The notes under the pieces were generated by a model. It ran no database searches. It worked only from the letters and a program-made list of their open reading frames with translations, and was not told the origin of the DNA. Below are positions 24,379 through 36,104 of a stretch of DNA of 64,000 nucleotides, in pieces. The position numbers and the translations under genes are program-made. The DNA is taken from NCBI GenBank assembly GCA_048013815.1, contig CM106585.1, positions 20,274,001 to 20,338,000 on the forward strand, in the 5' to 3' direction. The stretch is from Setoptus koraiensis. Its lineage: Eukaryota; Animalia; Arthropoda. The stretch's first letter is position 1. Each line of letters begins with the position of its first letter.

Positions 24379-25434
24379 ATGGAGACTTACGATAATACAG
24401 ACAACGAAGATGCCGAGGCACATCATGCGACAGTGACCATAATGCCAACTCCTGTTAGAGACACCAAAATCAAGGATAGGCCAGACATTGCATCGTCTAA
24501 TGTTAGCCTAAACTCAATAGCAAGTGAGCATGTAGAACAAATTGAGCCATCTATGACCTCGGCGGCCTCATTATTGAGTGACCCTGCACGAGTTATAACT
24601 TGTCATACGTGCAACGACGAAATTGTTGGACCAGTCATAACGGCGCTAAATAGAACATATCACAAAGAACACTTTATTTGTGCCCACTGTGGCCAAGAAT
24701 TGGGAACAAGAAACTTCTACGAACGAGACGGTTTACCTTATTGTGAGAAAGACTACCATCAACTATTCTCGCCCAAATGCGCCTCATGTGGCAACACTAT
24801 TCTCGACGTAAGTAAACAACAACAAGTGATTCTCTGCATGATAGTGAAGTGGAATATCACATTAACCGATTTGAATCTCTCGTCCTCTCACATTTGATAA
24901 TCGCACACCCAAAAACAAAATGATTGAACCTACTAGCGTGTAACAATTGCTTTAGATAAGAAATTTCATCCGGAACATTTTGTATGTGCTCATTGTGGTT
25001 GCCAATTCGACACCGAGGAAGGCTTTCATGAGAAAGATGGCAAGCCCTATTGCAAAACTGACTTTTTTGCCTTGTTTGCAGCAAAATGTGGCGGTTGCGG
25101 AAATCCAATCAAAGCAAATTACATAACTGCTCTGGACGTTCAATGGCATCCGGATTGTTTTGTGTGTTCTGATTGTCGTTGTCCTTTCGCCGATGGAAAA
25201 TTTTTCGATATTGATGGTATTCCCTACTGTGAGATACATTTCCATGCTCGTCGTGGTTCGCTGTGTGCTGTCTGCCACGAACCCGTTATAGGAAAATGCA
25301 TAACGGCAATGTTTAGAAAATTTCATCCAGACCATTTCACTTGTACATATTGTTTGAAGGTACTTAGCAAGACATTCAAGGAGGAAAACGACAAGCCATA
25401 TTGTCACGATTGTTTCGACAAGTTATATTCTTGA
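24379..25434 (+). CDS. Pax: Paxillin-family four-LIM protein, ~308 aa; join(24379..24807, 24937..25434)
   Basis: Four LIM domains with paxillin-type text ([92 protein letters not shown]). GTAAGT..TAG intron 24808-24936. Upstream exons not found. Confidence 0.92.
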
Positions 25435-25598
25435 ATATAATGTTAGTTAGAAGCCACCATGATGCAGCACCATCTGGTGCAAGATCATCGATTCAATTTT
25501 GCCGCTGAAGAAACAATCCATAACATTAAAAACGTGATCATTTTCGATCATTTGAATATATTCGCGTTCTCTTAATTGACAATATTTATTCATTAACA

Positions 25599-25856
25599 AT
25601 GGCCTGTCCAATTTATCCGTCGCTTATACCTCGTTATGTGGACAGCAATTGGTTCGCTGCAGATCAGCCTGTCAATGAGGAGAAAAAATTGAGCGATCTA
25701 GAATCGGATCACGAGGCAATTAGAGACCACCAAATACAACACAATGATGCCATTGAGGAAGCCGACAACGATGACGACGATGATGATGAAATGAATGACG
25801 AGGAAGAAGACGATGAAGAGATGGAAGAAGAGGAGGATGGTTATGTAGCAGAGTAA
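25599..25856 (+). CDS. ANAPC15: Anaphase-promoting complex subunit 15, 85 aa
   Basis: PIYPSLIPRYVDSNWFAADQPVNEEKKL resembles recalled human [28 protein letters not shown], followed by an acidic tail. Confidence 0.8.
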   Translation: MACPIYPSLIPRYVDSNWFAADQPVNEEKKLSDLESDHEAIRDHQIQHNDAIEEADNDDDDDDEMNDEEEDDEEMEEEEDGYVAE

Positions 25857-25928
25857 TAAACATAAGACTTCGCATGTCAAGGTTAGACGCCCAAGTATTG
25901 TCAATCTTATTATCGATAATTATTTCAT

Positions 25929-27182
25929 TTAAATACATAGCAGTTGTAAGGCACTACTTCTGTTTTTCGATTGATATGAGCTAAATGGTCCAACGAAGGT
26001 GCAATAACGCCTGATTGCTTCATGTATGTGACTCGGCTTTATGCAATAGGCTTGAGAATTTTGTAGATAAGAGCTAGTTGATTCCAATTTTCTCCTTTTT
26101 GCATCGTGATTTATGTCCGAAGTGTACACACATCCCTGACCACCAGCTCCATATTGGTCTGGATTGACCCAAATATTATTATTGGGATTTATCACACATT
26201 GTATATTGCTTGGTATGGCGCTACCAATTGGATAGGCGTTTTGTTGAGCGGATTGACTATACATTACAGAATTTGATGTTGGTCTGGCTGTATTGACTCC
26301 ACCAGCAAATGGATAGGCATTATTGTTGGCACTATTGAGAACAATCCTATCACGGTTATTGTAGAAACTTTTGGTTATGAGAGCTGAAATTGGGTCACCA
26401 GGTTCCCTTTCTTCGTCCTGTTTTACTAAGAGCGACATATCAATAATTTGCGCCACAGTTTCATGAGCTAAATATTGAATAATTTCAAAAGCAAATAAAT
26501 TTACTTTGACGTGTGGACTATGTGACAACAGCCAGTCACTAAATTTTGCTGGCTTTACTTTACTCATGAAACTTATCTGGCGTGCCTTTGTGAAGCGCAA
26601 ATACTCGGCTTGGGTCATATTTCTTGTCATTAAGTCTATTCTACGCAATCTCTGGTTTTTAATTTCATCGAATAGAGCCTGATTAAACACTTTCTTATAT
26701 TCACCGAACTCATCCAACTGGCTCATATAATCATAACAGATTCTGACTCTCCTATTTTGCTGTGATCTCACATCGGTCTCTTGCATCTGTTGTTGTTGTT
26801 GTTGTGGCTGTTGCTGGTGCTGTTGAGCTTGCTGTTGTTGTTGCACATTTGGTTGTGCGTTTATCTGAGCACTTATTGATGTTTTGATATCTTTGACATA
26901 CAAATGATTGATTAATCTGACCAGTTTCGATTTGTCTTTTCTCATCAGAAAAAGTATGTCCTCTGCTCCAACAACTGGACTATTTCTAATATCGGCTATC
27001 TTGTTCGCCTTGTCCAGCAGAACTGTCAACTGTTCATGAACGATAGATTCAATCAGTTGGGCGGACTCAGGCATTGGTCTGCTATGATCGCCAAAAGAGT
27101 GCATCATATTGAGTATTTCCTCGGTGAAAAAATATTTGAACGTGCTAGAGGTGTCGGTGTAATTTTGGTTAACTAAAGGCAT
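25929..27182 (-). CDS. SUPT3H: SAGA subunit Spt3/SUPT3H, intronless
   Basis: MMHSFGD..P..ESAQLIESIVHEQL, EDILFLMRKDKSKLVRL, MTQAEYLRFTKARQISF, EIIQYLAHETVAQIIDMSLLVKQD, IKPSHIHEAIRRY. Alternative ATG at 27221. Confidence 0.93.
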   Translation of the reverse strand: MPLVNQNYTDTSSTFKYFFTEEILNMMHSFGDHSRPMPESAQLIESIVHEQLTVLLDKANKIADIRNSPVVGAEDILFLMRKDKSKLVRLINHLYVKDIKTSISAQINAQPNVQQQQQAQQHQQQPQQQQQQMQETDVRSQQNRRVRICYDYMSQLDEFGEYKKVFNQALFDEIKNQRLRRIDLMTRNMTQAEYLRFTKARQISFMSKVKPAKFSDWLLSHSPHVKVNLFAFEIIQYLAHETVAQIIDMSLLVKQDEEREPGDPISALITKSFYNNRDRIVLNSANNNAYPFAGGVNTARPTSNSVMYSQSAQQNAYPIGSAIPSNIQCVINPNNNIWVNPDQYGAGGQGCVYTSDINHDAKRRKLESTSSYLQNSQAYCIKPSHIHEAIRRYCTFVGPFSSYQSKNRSSALQLLCI

Positions 27183-27986
27183 CTTTGTACGACGTTGGAA
27201 AAGAAAAAACTTTTTATTCACATAATAGTGGCCAATACTCTAGCTAATGCAGATTCCCTCCATTGGTTAGCGATAATAATATATCCAATTTATCAATCTA
27301 TCTATCCAGACAGATAACTCGATGAGGTTTTCGGTTGGCCAAGAAAAATGTACAAATCCTTTTGTGTTGCCACCTCCTACAACTAGATCTATTTCAATTG
27401 CAATTCAATTGCCATTTAAAGAACCAGAAAGCGCGCGCACTTTAAATTTTTTCAAATGTCATCCGGCCCATCGCATGTTGCAACAAATGGCTTATGCCTC
27501 GGTAGATTTTACCAACCATCTATCGACGATAATAAACTACAAACAATACTCCAGGAGTGAACTATCCGGGGGTTGGGGGTCCATTCCAAAGATCTTCGCC
27601 CCGCTTTGTTAGTTGACTGTTGTATTGCAATAGGTGAGGCTTCTTGATTTGGTTTGAAACCACAGAGCAGGCCTAAATGGAGAGATTGCGCAATACTGCA
27701 GTTGTTCTTACGCGCACATGGTCAGTTAGCGCACCATGGCGATCATGGCATAGTTTTTCATTAAATTGTCAACGTAATTGTCCAGTCTATCAGAATGGTT
27801 GCCTCCACAAATATGCGACATAAATATAAAGACACTAGCGCGTTGTTTTCTCACTCGTATAATCTGCGATCGGTCACGGATCGAAGTAACAAAATATGCA
27901 CTAAAAGTTTGAAACTCTTCCATAAATACCCCCGAACTTTGAAGAGTAAACTAAAAGTAGCCAGTCTATTGGTCATCGTGTTCGAA

Positions 27987-29536
27987 ATGGCTCAACCAGC
28001 GTCGCAACCACCCTCATTGGTTTCGATGTCTGGCAACAGTAGTAATCAAAGTAGCAACATGGCTAGAAAATCTCCGATCAAGAACAATACCAATCAACTG
28101 AAACAACTAAATACAAGCCAGTCGTCACAAGCATCGTCGTCACGAGTATGTATTCAACGCAACAGCTCGATATTCAATCAAACGCAGCGAGTTCGTTCCA
28201 AGGCATCGCGAACTAAATTAGTGGGGGCACTAAATAAACGAATTTCACTAACTAATCATCATTATGTTTGCAGTGGTTGCAATAAAGTCATTCTTAAAGA
28301 CAAATATCTACTTAAAGCTTGTAACAAATACTGGCACGAAAATTGTCTCAAGTGTGACCGTTGTAAATGTCGTTTGGGAGAAATAGGTTCGACTCTCTAT
28401 GATAAAGCCAATTTTATACTCTGTCGCCAAGACTATATTGAGTAAGTTCTACCATTGCTCTGTTAATTTCTCGTAGTTTGCACCAAAGTCAATGTTTAAC
28501 AAACCTCACTCACCTGCATTCTAACCAATTATAACCTATATCAGTATGTTTGGTAAGACGGGAATTTGCTCTAGATGCGACAAGTTAATTTCCGCCACGG
28601 AGTTGGTAATGAGAGCCAAAGACAACGTTTACCATCTCGAATGTTTCTCTTGTCAATTGTGCAATCAGAGGTGAGTAACACTATAGCAAGGTATACGCCA
28701 GGCATCCTATAAATTATGTACTAACTATCAACTATTGTTGACATGTTTGCAGATTTTGTGTGGGAGATAGATTTTATTTGTGCGACAACAAGATAGTTTG
28801 CCAGTATGATTATGATGAGCACTACGCCCATTTATTGGACGTCAACCTGTCTGAGCAACCAATTCCTGGCGATAGCGACAACCACACTAACCTGAATTTA
28901 ATGTACGATCTCAAGATAGACACCAAGGATGCAAACAGTCACCATTTACAGCAGCAACATTTTAGCAGCTCATTGATAGAGGCGCATTCTTTTGAGTCTC
29001 TGAAGCAACAATCAGAAGCAAGCGATATATTTCTGACCACATCTCAAGCGTCTCAAGTGTGTGGCATGGCAAATGAAGTGCCAACGGGTGCTGCTTCGAT
29101 TGAAAAAGATGATTCTACACAGACTAGCGTCGCGGATACAATGTCATCGTTATCTAACAACCACAATGGACAATCATGCGCATCAATGATGGACAATCAG
29201 ATTATCAATGATTTGAGCAAACCATACAACTTGACCACTCAAGATGAACGAGCCAGCCACGATAGAAGATTAGAGGCGACAGTGGTGACAGAAATCGATT
29301 ATAATTGTGACAGCAGCCCAGACATTACCATATCATCAACAACAAAGACTAGCACTAATAGTAACTGTGTTACTGATATCAATTCAACCTGCGAACAAAT
29401 GAATGATTTGACGCGCCAAAATGGTCAGCTGATGATGCCAGGCTTGACCAATATAGGTGACAATCAAGACATTAGTGAACCACAACGAACAGACGACGGA
29501 AATGAGATGAATGAAGCGCTACAAAACAAAGACTAG
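27987..29536 (+). CDS. Bx: LIM-domain-only protein (LMO1/3, Beadex type); join(27987..28441, 28545..28670, 28753..29536)
   Basis: LIM1 CSGC..DKYLLKACNKYWHENCLKCDRCKCRLGEIGSTLYDKANFILCRQDY; LIM2 CSRC..ELVMRAKDNVYHLECFSCQLCNQRFCVGDRFYLCDNKIVCQYDY. Two GT-AG introns (103 and 82 nt) with consistent phases. In-frame upstream ATG at 27795. Confidence 0.92.
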
Positions 29537-32500
29537 ACTATGCTGTCATGTCTGTCTAGTTCTTATCTGGTCTGACCGAAAGAGATGTCATTCATCCTCA
29601 AAAGTTTGTCCCCACTGACAATTGTGCAACTAACGCCACTCATACTATGGTATAATGTAAATAAACTATATCTATCGTGAATTGAATTCACTGCGAATCA
29701 ATCATTGCTTATCTAATATTCTGTTTTGTCCATTCAACTTTTTCCTTTGTCTTGTGCCCTCTGATGACGCAACTAACCATATAACGTATAGTCAGTCATG
29801 ACATGCTAGTCTCAACAACAGTATACCATAACTGAAGTCCATCATATCGCTATTTGCTCGGTACCCTATATACTTTATGTGACGCAATATATCCGGTGCA
29901 AATGTCTCCAAATCATATAAGCCATACTGGTTGGCGTTAAATTTGCTCTAAATGAAGGGTGTTGCAACATGAGCTCAGTACGCAAGAAAGCGCATTCACG
30001 AAGTATTATTTGTTTATTTATCTGCATACAACTAAAGTGTAAGATGGGCACTGAGAAAGCCGTCGTTAGGAGCTAGTCCGTTGTGCTGAGCTGACTAGAT
30101 TAAGGTGTGATGATGTTGACGACGACAAAATTGATTATCACGACCGCCAACTATCGGTTAACCAAGTAGTGAGCGACTATTCTATTTCGCACGACTAGAG
30201 TGGCCAGTTTATTCTAAACAACGTCGCACACAATTTGCATATAAGCGGGTACATGTGGCCCATTGAGTCTCTAGCGAAAACGGTCCCACATAGGCTATAA
30301 TCAGTAACGGTGACGATGAGTAGCTGAGGAAGGCAAATAAAAAAACAAAACGCAGCATTCTCCTTTTAGCGCACCCCCCGTCATCGGTTTGCCACGCTAC
30401 CATTATTGCGCGAAAACACAATCACTAAGGCAAACATTATTTACGTCATTGTGTCATTGTGGTCATTTTGGCTTCAGATAATCGGACAGTGGCCGCTACT
30501 TGCAGTTGCGGTATGTGTGCCGCACATAGTTGAGATGATCCGCATTGATATGCAGATTAGCCTCATAACTCTCTCTGTCTCTGTCTCTCTCTCTGGCAGT
30601 AGCGAGCACTATCATTACTAAGATCATTAGAGAGTGGGATAATATTTGCATTAGTTGGCCATCATTATTGCTACATCAGATGAATGATCAAAAATGCACA
30701 ACGACTTGCAAACAATATAGTGAGCGATAGTTGCCTAACTTTTGCCATTGTCCATTGCCTAGCAGGCCTTTACTCTTTACACCATACTTTTGGCATTTTT
30801 GCAATGTTGTTGCTATTGTGTCATCAACCACCGGCTACCGCGGCATACCACTGGTCAACTGCCCATCATCAAGATAAGAATGAGTCATTATATAACTACG
30901 TGTATGAAGCGGTACTGCACGCACTACATTGTATGTTGGTGTGTGTTGCTCGGTGCCGGCATAGGCCACGGCGACTAGATACATTCTGACCACTAGCAAA
31001 CTGAACAATTGTTTGTTAAGCGACTGTTTGTTGGACTTGCTAGTCTGTCCAATGTTTGTGCTGTGGCCACTTGAAATCTTCAAGCCACCGGATGCGAATG
31101 GGATCAGATCAGAACGGCTGCACAACATCTCCAATATCTGATATCTCTCTGGCAGCAGTGACAAAGATATGGAAGCCGTGCAGACAAAACGGGTCGCTAT
31201 CACATGATCGCGACAAACACCAAGTAACAAATGTAGAAACTCGGACAGGAAGCCAGTCCAACTTAGATTAATGCCTCCTAAGCCACAAATGAACCAAAAC
31301 TTCATCTGTACATGTGGATGTGTTGGCCATTGAAAAGGAATAACATGTGCACACAAACATGCACTCAGATACGCGCATTGCAACTATTTTTACCGTTACG
31401 TAATTGTGTTTCTACGTTTGTGTGTGGCGATACAACATTTTATTATAGTGAGGCCACAAAAGAGAAAAAAAACATACCCACAAAACACCTTATCTGATTT
31501 AGTGTCGCTTTCGGTGTCATTTAACAACAAACCAACTAGCCCACTAATGTCACTGTAGCACAATCACTGATTTTCCCTTTTTTATTTCTGTATGTGAAAC
31601 GTTGCTTGAAAAATTGAAGATAAGAGGAGAGTACTGTTAAATGATAACTATAAACGCACTGAAAGCTACCACACTTCCAGCTATTAAACCCAATCGATAT
31701 CTTTGATTTAGTCTTCCGGTCAGTGGACATTATTTATGGCTCATTGACTTGACCATTCAGCTGTGGGTTGCTACATGATGTAAGAGCACACACAGAGTTT
31801 GCTTTCTTTCTGAGATTATTCCATTTCTAACATAGTTGCAATAGTGAGTGCAATTAGTCCGAATTCTAACTGCTCTAAGGAAATGGATTCTAGGTCTCAA
31901 CTTAGGTTAATCTCAGTGGGATGAAGCCAGTCAGACTAGATGTCTTTTGATTCAGCTTGTAGTGAACACTAAAACTGACCAGTCTTCTGAGTAACTGCTG
32001 AAATAGATTGACACTAACAACCGTGTGCGTTAGCAATGTGCATATGTTGCACTGATATTTAATTTTTAGAAAAATTCCGAAAATAACTCGGAATGACCGG
32101 ATGTAGAATCTACAATATGGATTGTCTAGATTTGTCTCCCGCTTTCGCACTTATGAAAAGATTATGTACGCGTGTGCGTGTTACAGACAAAACAGCCAGC
32201 ACAGACTTTCAATCTGTTTGAATCTGGCGCCCCAAATTTGTTCTTCGTCCTGTACCTGTTCAGTATAGTCGATTACGAAGAAAAAAAAAATACTCTAAGT
32301 TCGTATTGCATCCACTACGTAGACTCAATTTGGCATAAGAGTAATTAATTTGGCTTTATATAACAGCATGAGTTAGGATCTTTGGCAAAACTCTGTCCTT
32401 AAACAGGTTTACACAGGTCGATATCACCATATTTCACAACAAATCAATTTCCAGTTATTATAATTATTATTTATTTATATTCATCACCGTTGACTAAATA

Positions 32501-32560
32501 AACGAACGCACAGTTGTCTGAAAATACAATATTGTCTGCCAAAATACTGCGATAGTAACC

Positions 32561-33640
32561 ATGTCATCGGATCATCCTATTGTGAACAATGAAATTACGT
32601 CGAAACTTCGGAGCGAAATTCGGAGGAAACTGGATGAAATTGGAAGATCATCAGACGATGAATTACCTGAATATATCATGGTTATGATTGCTAATCAACG
32701 CACAAAGTTTCAGATCAAAGATGATCTGTCTCTATTTCTTGGCCGGGATTGTATTAGTTTTGTCGACTGGTTGCTCGATAGGATAGAAATTTTAAAATCT
32801 GAACAAGAGAATAAACTCAAAAATAGAATGTCTTCTAGTAAATCTTTATCGACCTCATCATCGTTGGCACAACAGCAGCCAGCCCAACAGCAAACACAGC
32901 AGCAATCCTCTTCCTCATCTACATCAAACTTCACCCCATCTACCACTGCGTCACAATCAACAACAACTAATCTACAACAAACTATTACAAGTAGTAGTAG
33001 CGGCTGTAGCAGCAGTGGTGGCGGCGGTAGCGGTGGTGCCATTCGGAGTGACAAGCAAAATGATATTGGTGTTGAGCTCATCCTCGACGAAGAGATGGAT
33101 CTCGACCTTGTTGGTGGAGAAGATAAATTGAACTCATCAGCTAATTCTGACGAGCAAGAAGACGCCTTAGACGAGGATAACAATGAGGATGATAGTGCAG
33201 ACACAGAGAATACAAAGGTGCAAGAGAGATGCAAATATTGGCCATCATGTACAACTGGCGACGATTGCCCATACCACCATCCAACCACACCGTGTAGGGC
33301 ATTTCCAAATTGTAGATTCGGCGACAAATGTCTTTATATTCATCCTACATGTAAATTTGATTCTAGTTGTACGCGACGAGGTTGCCCATTTGCTCACTCT
33401 GGAGGCGCTAGGAGGGTGGCCCCGCCACAGTTCTGGGCTGCTCCAGCACCGGTGGCAATTGCCAAATGCAAGTATGGTTTAAGCTGTCTCAATCCGAAAT
33501 GTCAGTTTATACATCCTAGAGCGGAGCCATGCAGATTTGGCTCGAATTGCTTGCTGGATACATGCCCATTTACACATCCTAATGACGAGCTCAGTAAGAG
33601 ACCCTCGCAGAGCGCATTCAAATGGACAGCACAATCTTGA
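32561..33640 (+). CDS. ZC3H14: Poly(A)-binding zinc-finger protein ZC3H14/Nab2, intronless
   Basis: N-terminal PWI-like DDELPEYIMVMIANQRTKFQIKDDLSLFLG; C-terminal tandem CCCH fingers (ERCKYWPSC..CPYHHP..CRAFPNCRFGDKCLYIHP..CPFAH..CPFTHP). Confidence 0.93.
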   Translation: MSSDHPIVNNEITSKLRSEIRRKLDEIGRSSDDELPEYIMVMIANQRTKFQIKDDLSLFLGRDCISFVDWLLDRIEILKSEQENKLKNRMSSSKSLSTSSSLAQQQPAQQQTQQQSSSSSTSNFTPSTTASQSTTTNLQQTITSSSSGCSSSGGGGSGGAIRSDKQNDIGVELILDEEMDLDLVGGEDKLNSSANSDEQEDALDEDNNEDDSADTENTKVQERCKYWPSCTTGDDCPYHHPTTPCRAFPNCRFGDKCLYIHPTCKFDSSCTRRGCPFAHSGGARRVAPPQFWAAPAPVAIAKCKYGLSCLNPKCQFIHPRAEPCRFGSNCLLDTCPFTHPNDELSKRPSQSAFKWTAQS

Positions 33641-33753
33641 AGTTGATTATTGGAAAATTATTATTATTGATAATCTAATAACTATATCTAGAAAGAACTC
33701 ATGTCGAAACTCAACTACAACTTGATTACTTTGATGTGTATTTAATGATCAAT

Positions 33754-34476
33754 CTATGGATATTTTCCATACCATTTCAAATCGTAGTCGCTCAGCCAGT
33801 CATGACAATTGGTCATGTTTTTTCTGATTACATACTCAAAACTAAAAGGATTTATGTTCTTTGAATCTAGTTGTAATTTCTCTTTTTTGAGATTATCCAT
33901 AATAGATTGACTAATTGGCATTGCATCCAATGGTAGGAAATTACATACAGTGTCTAGCATATATTTCACTTCCTCATATTCACAACGGCCTGCAATCTCT
34001 ATGATGATTCTACCAGCCTTAACCGGTGTGACGTAATGATGGATCTTAATTTTGCCACCACCCATCCTCTTACCCAAAGACTTCTTGCCAACCGGTTTCC
34101 ATGGTGGGTCGACGCGCCAAACGGCAAACATGCGTTTTGTATCCATCAATCTGTTTACTGTAGATCTTATAATCTCGAAGTGTCCCGGGGAGAACGCTCC
34201 ACCACCCAATGCGATTATTCCGAACTGCTTGTACATTAGCTGGTTGTGAATTTTCTCCGGTCCTCTGCTCTGATAGTGGGCTTTGGGGTGCTTGAGTGTT
34301 CCGGGAAGGACATTTTCCGGCCAACAACCGGGAACTGACTCGACCGGGGGTAGTGTACGATCTTCTATATTAGGAGGTATAAACGCCTCAATATCGAGGC
34401 TTGATTCTGGCCACGATTGGATGCCTCGTCTTTGGGAAAGCGATAGAAGGAAACGTCGAGGGAGAACTGACAACAT
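33754..34476 (-). CDS. mRpL16: Mitochondrial ribosomal protein L16, intronless
   Basis: RGPEKIHNQL..QFGIIALGGG, FAVWRVDPPWKPVGKKSLGKRMGGGK..HYVTPVKAGRIIIEIAG; basic N-terminal presequence. Confidence 0.95.
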   Translation of the reverse strand: MLSVLPRRFLLSLSQRRGIQSWPESSLDIEAFIPPNIEDRTLPPVESVPGCWPENVLPGTLKHPKAHYQSRGPEKIHNQLMYKQFGIIALGGGAFSPGHFEIIRSTVNRLMDTKRMFAVWRVDPPWKPVGKKSLGKRMGGGKIKIHHYVTPVKAGRIIIEIAGRCEYEEVKYMLDTVCNFLPLDAMPISQSIMDNLKKEKLQLDSKNINPFSFEYVIRKNMTNCHDWLSDYDLKWYGKYP

Positions 34477-34905
34477 TCTTGATTAATGTTAAGGTCAATA
34501 ACTAGAGAGGCAGCAAAGAGTAACCCATTGAAGTGTCAGAACAAAAAAAATGTTGTTTACAGACAGAAATTCTATAAGCACATGTCCGAAAAATTCTTTA
34601 CAACATTGGTTTGTTGAGCAGCGGGAGATTCAATTTTGTTAAGTAACAAATCCTTAGTAACTGTTGATGATCTAGAGAATGTCGAAACGTGGAACAAGTT
34701 ATTTCAGACCAAAGAGTTCATCAGAATGTCAAAAATTACGATAAGCTCCGGTGAATAGCGAGGCTCGTAGGAGAAAGTATTTCACCCAATTTTAAACAAG
34801 TTTGGCGATCTCAACAACTAAGCAACTGTTGTTATTGCCATGAAATACAGATCGAGTAAGAGTTAAGTTTCTGGCCTTGTCCGAAAAGGGTAAACCACTG
34901 TATTT

Positions 34906-35405
34906 NNNNNNNNNNNNNNNNNNNNNNNNNNNNNNNNNNNNNNNNNNNNNNNNNNNNNNNNNNNNNNNNNNNNNNNNNNNNNNNNNNNNNNNNNNNNNNN
35001 NNNNNNNNNNNNNNNNNNNNNNNNNNNNNNNNNNNNNNNNNNNNNNNNNNNNNNNNNNNNNNNNNNNNNNNNNNNNNNNNNNNNNNNNNNNNNNNNNNNN
35101 NNNNNNNNNNNNNNNNNNNNNNNNNNNNNNNNNNNNNNNNNNNNNNNNNNNNNNNNNNNNNNNNNNNNNNNNNNNNNNNNNNNNNNNNNNNNNNNNNNNN
35201 NNNNNNNNNNNNNNNNNNNNNNNNNNNNNNNNNNNNNNNNNNNNNNNNNNNNNNNNNNNNNNNNNNNNNNNNNNNNNNNNNNNNNNNNNNNNNNNNNNNN
35301 NNNNNNNNNNNNNNNNNNNNNNNNNNNNNNNNNNNNNNNNNNNNNNNNNNNNNNNNNNNNNNNNNNNNNNNNNNNNNNNNNNNNNNNNNNNNNNNNNNNN
35401 NNNNN
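34906..35405. other. Assembly gap, 500 N
   Basis: Direct read. Confidence 1.
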
Positions 35406-35523
35406 TTGGCTCAAAGATCCAAACAAAAGGCCAACATTTGAAACTTTACAATGGAAGTTAGATGAATTTTTTCAAATGGATGAAACAGAGTATAGAGATG
35501 CGAACCATTTCAACGCTAGATAA
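35406..35523 (+). CDS. Src42A: C-terminal 38 aa of a Src42A/Frk-type tyrosine kinase; the rest is hidden in the gap
   Basis: Frame from 35407: WLKDPNKRPTFETLQWKLDEFFQMDETEYRDANHFNAR*, matching recalled Src42A WHKDPMRRPTFETLQWKLEDF...DYKEA including the C-terminal regulatory Tyr. Not in the ORF track. Confidence 0.88.
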
Positions 35524-36104
35524 ACTTAGCCTTAAGGAATAAATGTAAATTTGCAATATAAATCTTATTGAACATGAAAAATTAGCCTGCCTATCCTAGA
35601 TTATCTTTCTCGACTTGCCGCATTATTGTGTTGTTTTCTCGATTTGCCTATGTTGAACACTTAAATCAACTGTAAGCTTAATTCTCATAAAACAAGTTGA
35701 AAGACAGTTTAATCTCAGTTTCTTGTTTCATAAGTCTACTGAAACCCCTAGAATGTTCGAGAGACGAATGTTCTTTTTGAATGATTTTTCGTGAATTCTC
35801 TGAAGAAAGCAGTTAAAATCCGCCAATCTGAACTCCAATGTGTCGTTTAAAGTGAGTTTATGCTAGTAAAATACTTCATGGCCTCATCAAATCACACATC
35901 TGACTGACCGCTTGTATGATGAAGATGTCATGAAGCAAACATCTTTTGAGTATTGATACAAGACCAATTGAGATCGTTGGATTCTACATTATTTTGTCAC
36001 TTTGTTAATCATAGGGCTTGAGCTCATTCATTTATTTTCGTTATTCATGATAAAATAAGATGCATATTTAGAAAAAAAAAGACTTTCCTACTTGCAACGA
36101 TGCA

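Noticed and set aside
30209-31497. Hydrophobic short ORFs downstream of LMO as possible secreted peptides
   Set aside because: Overlapping on both strands in low-complexity DNA, with no convincing precursor pattern.
32710-33327. 205-aa minus-strand ORF
   Set aside because: Antisense to the low-complexity middle of ZC3H14.
34863-35461. ORF-track entries of 187 and 194 aa
   Set aside because: Artefacts of reading through the N gap; the meaningful frame is the Src42A fragment.
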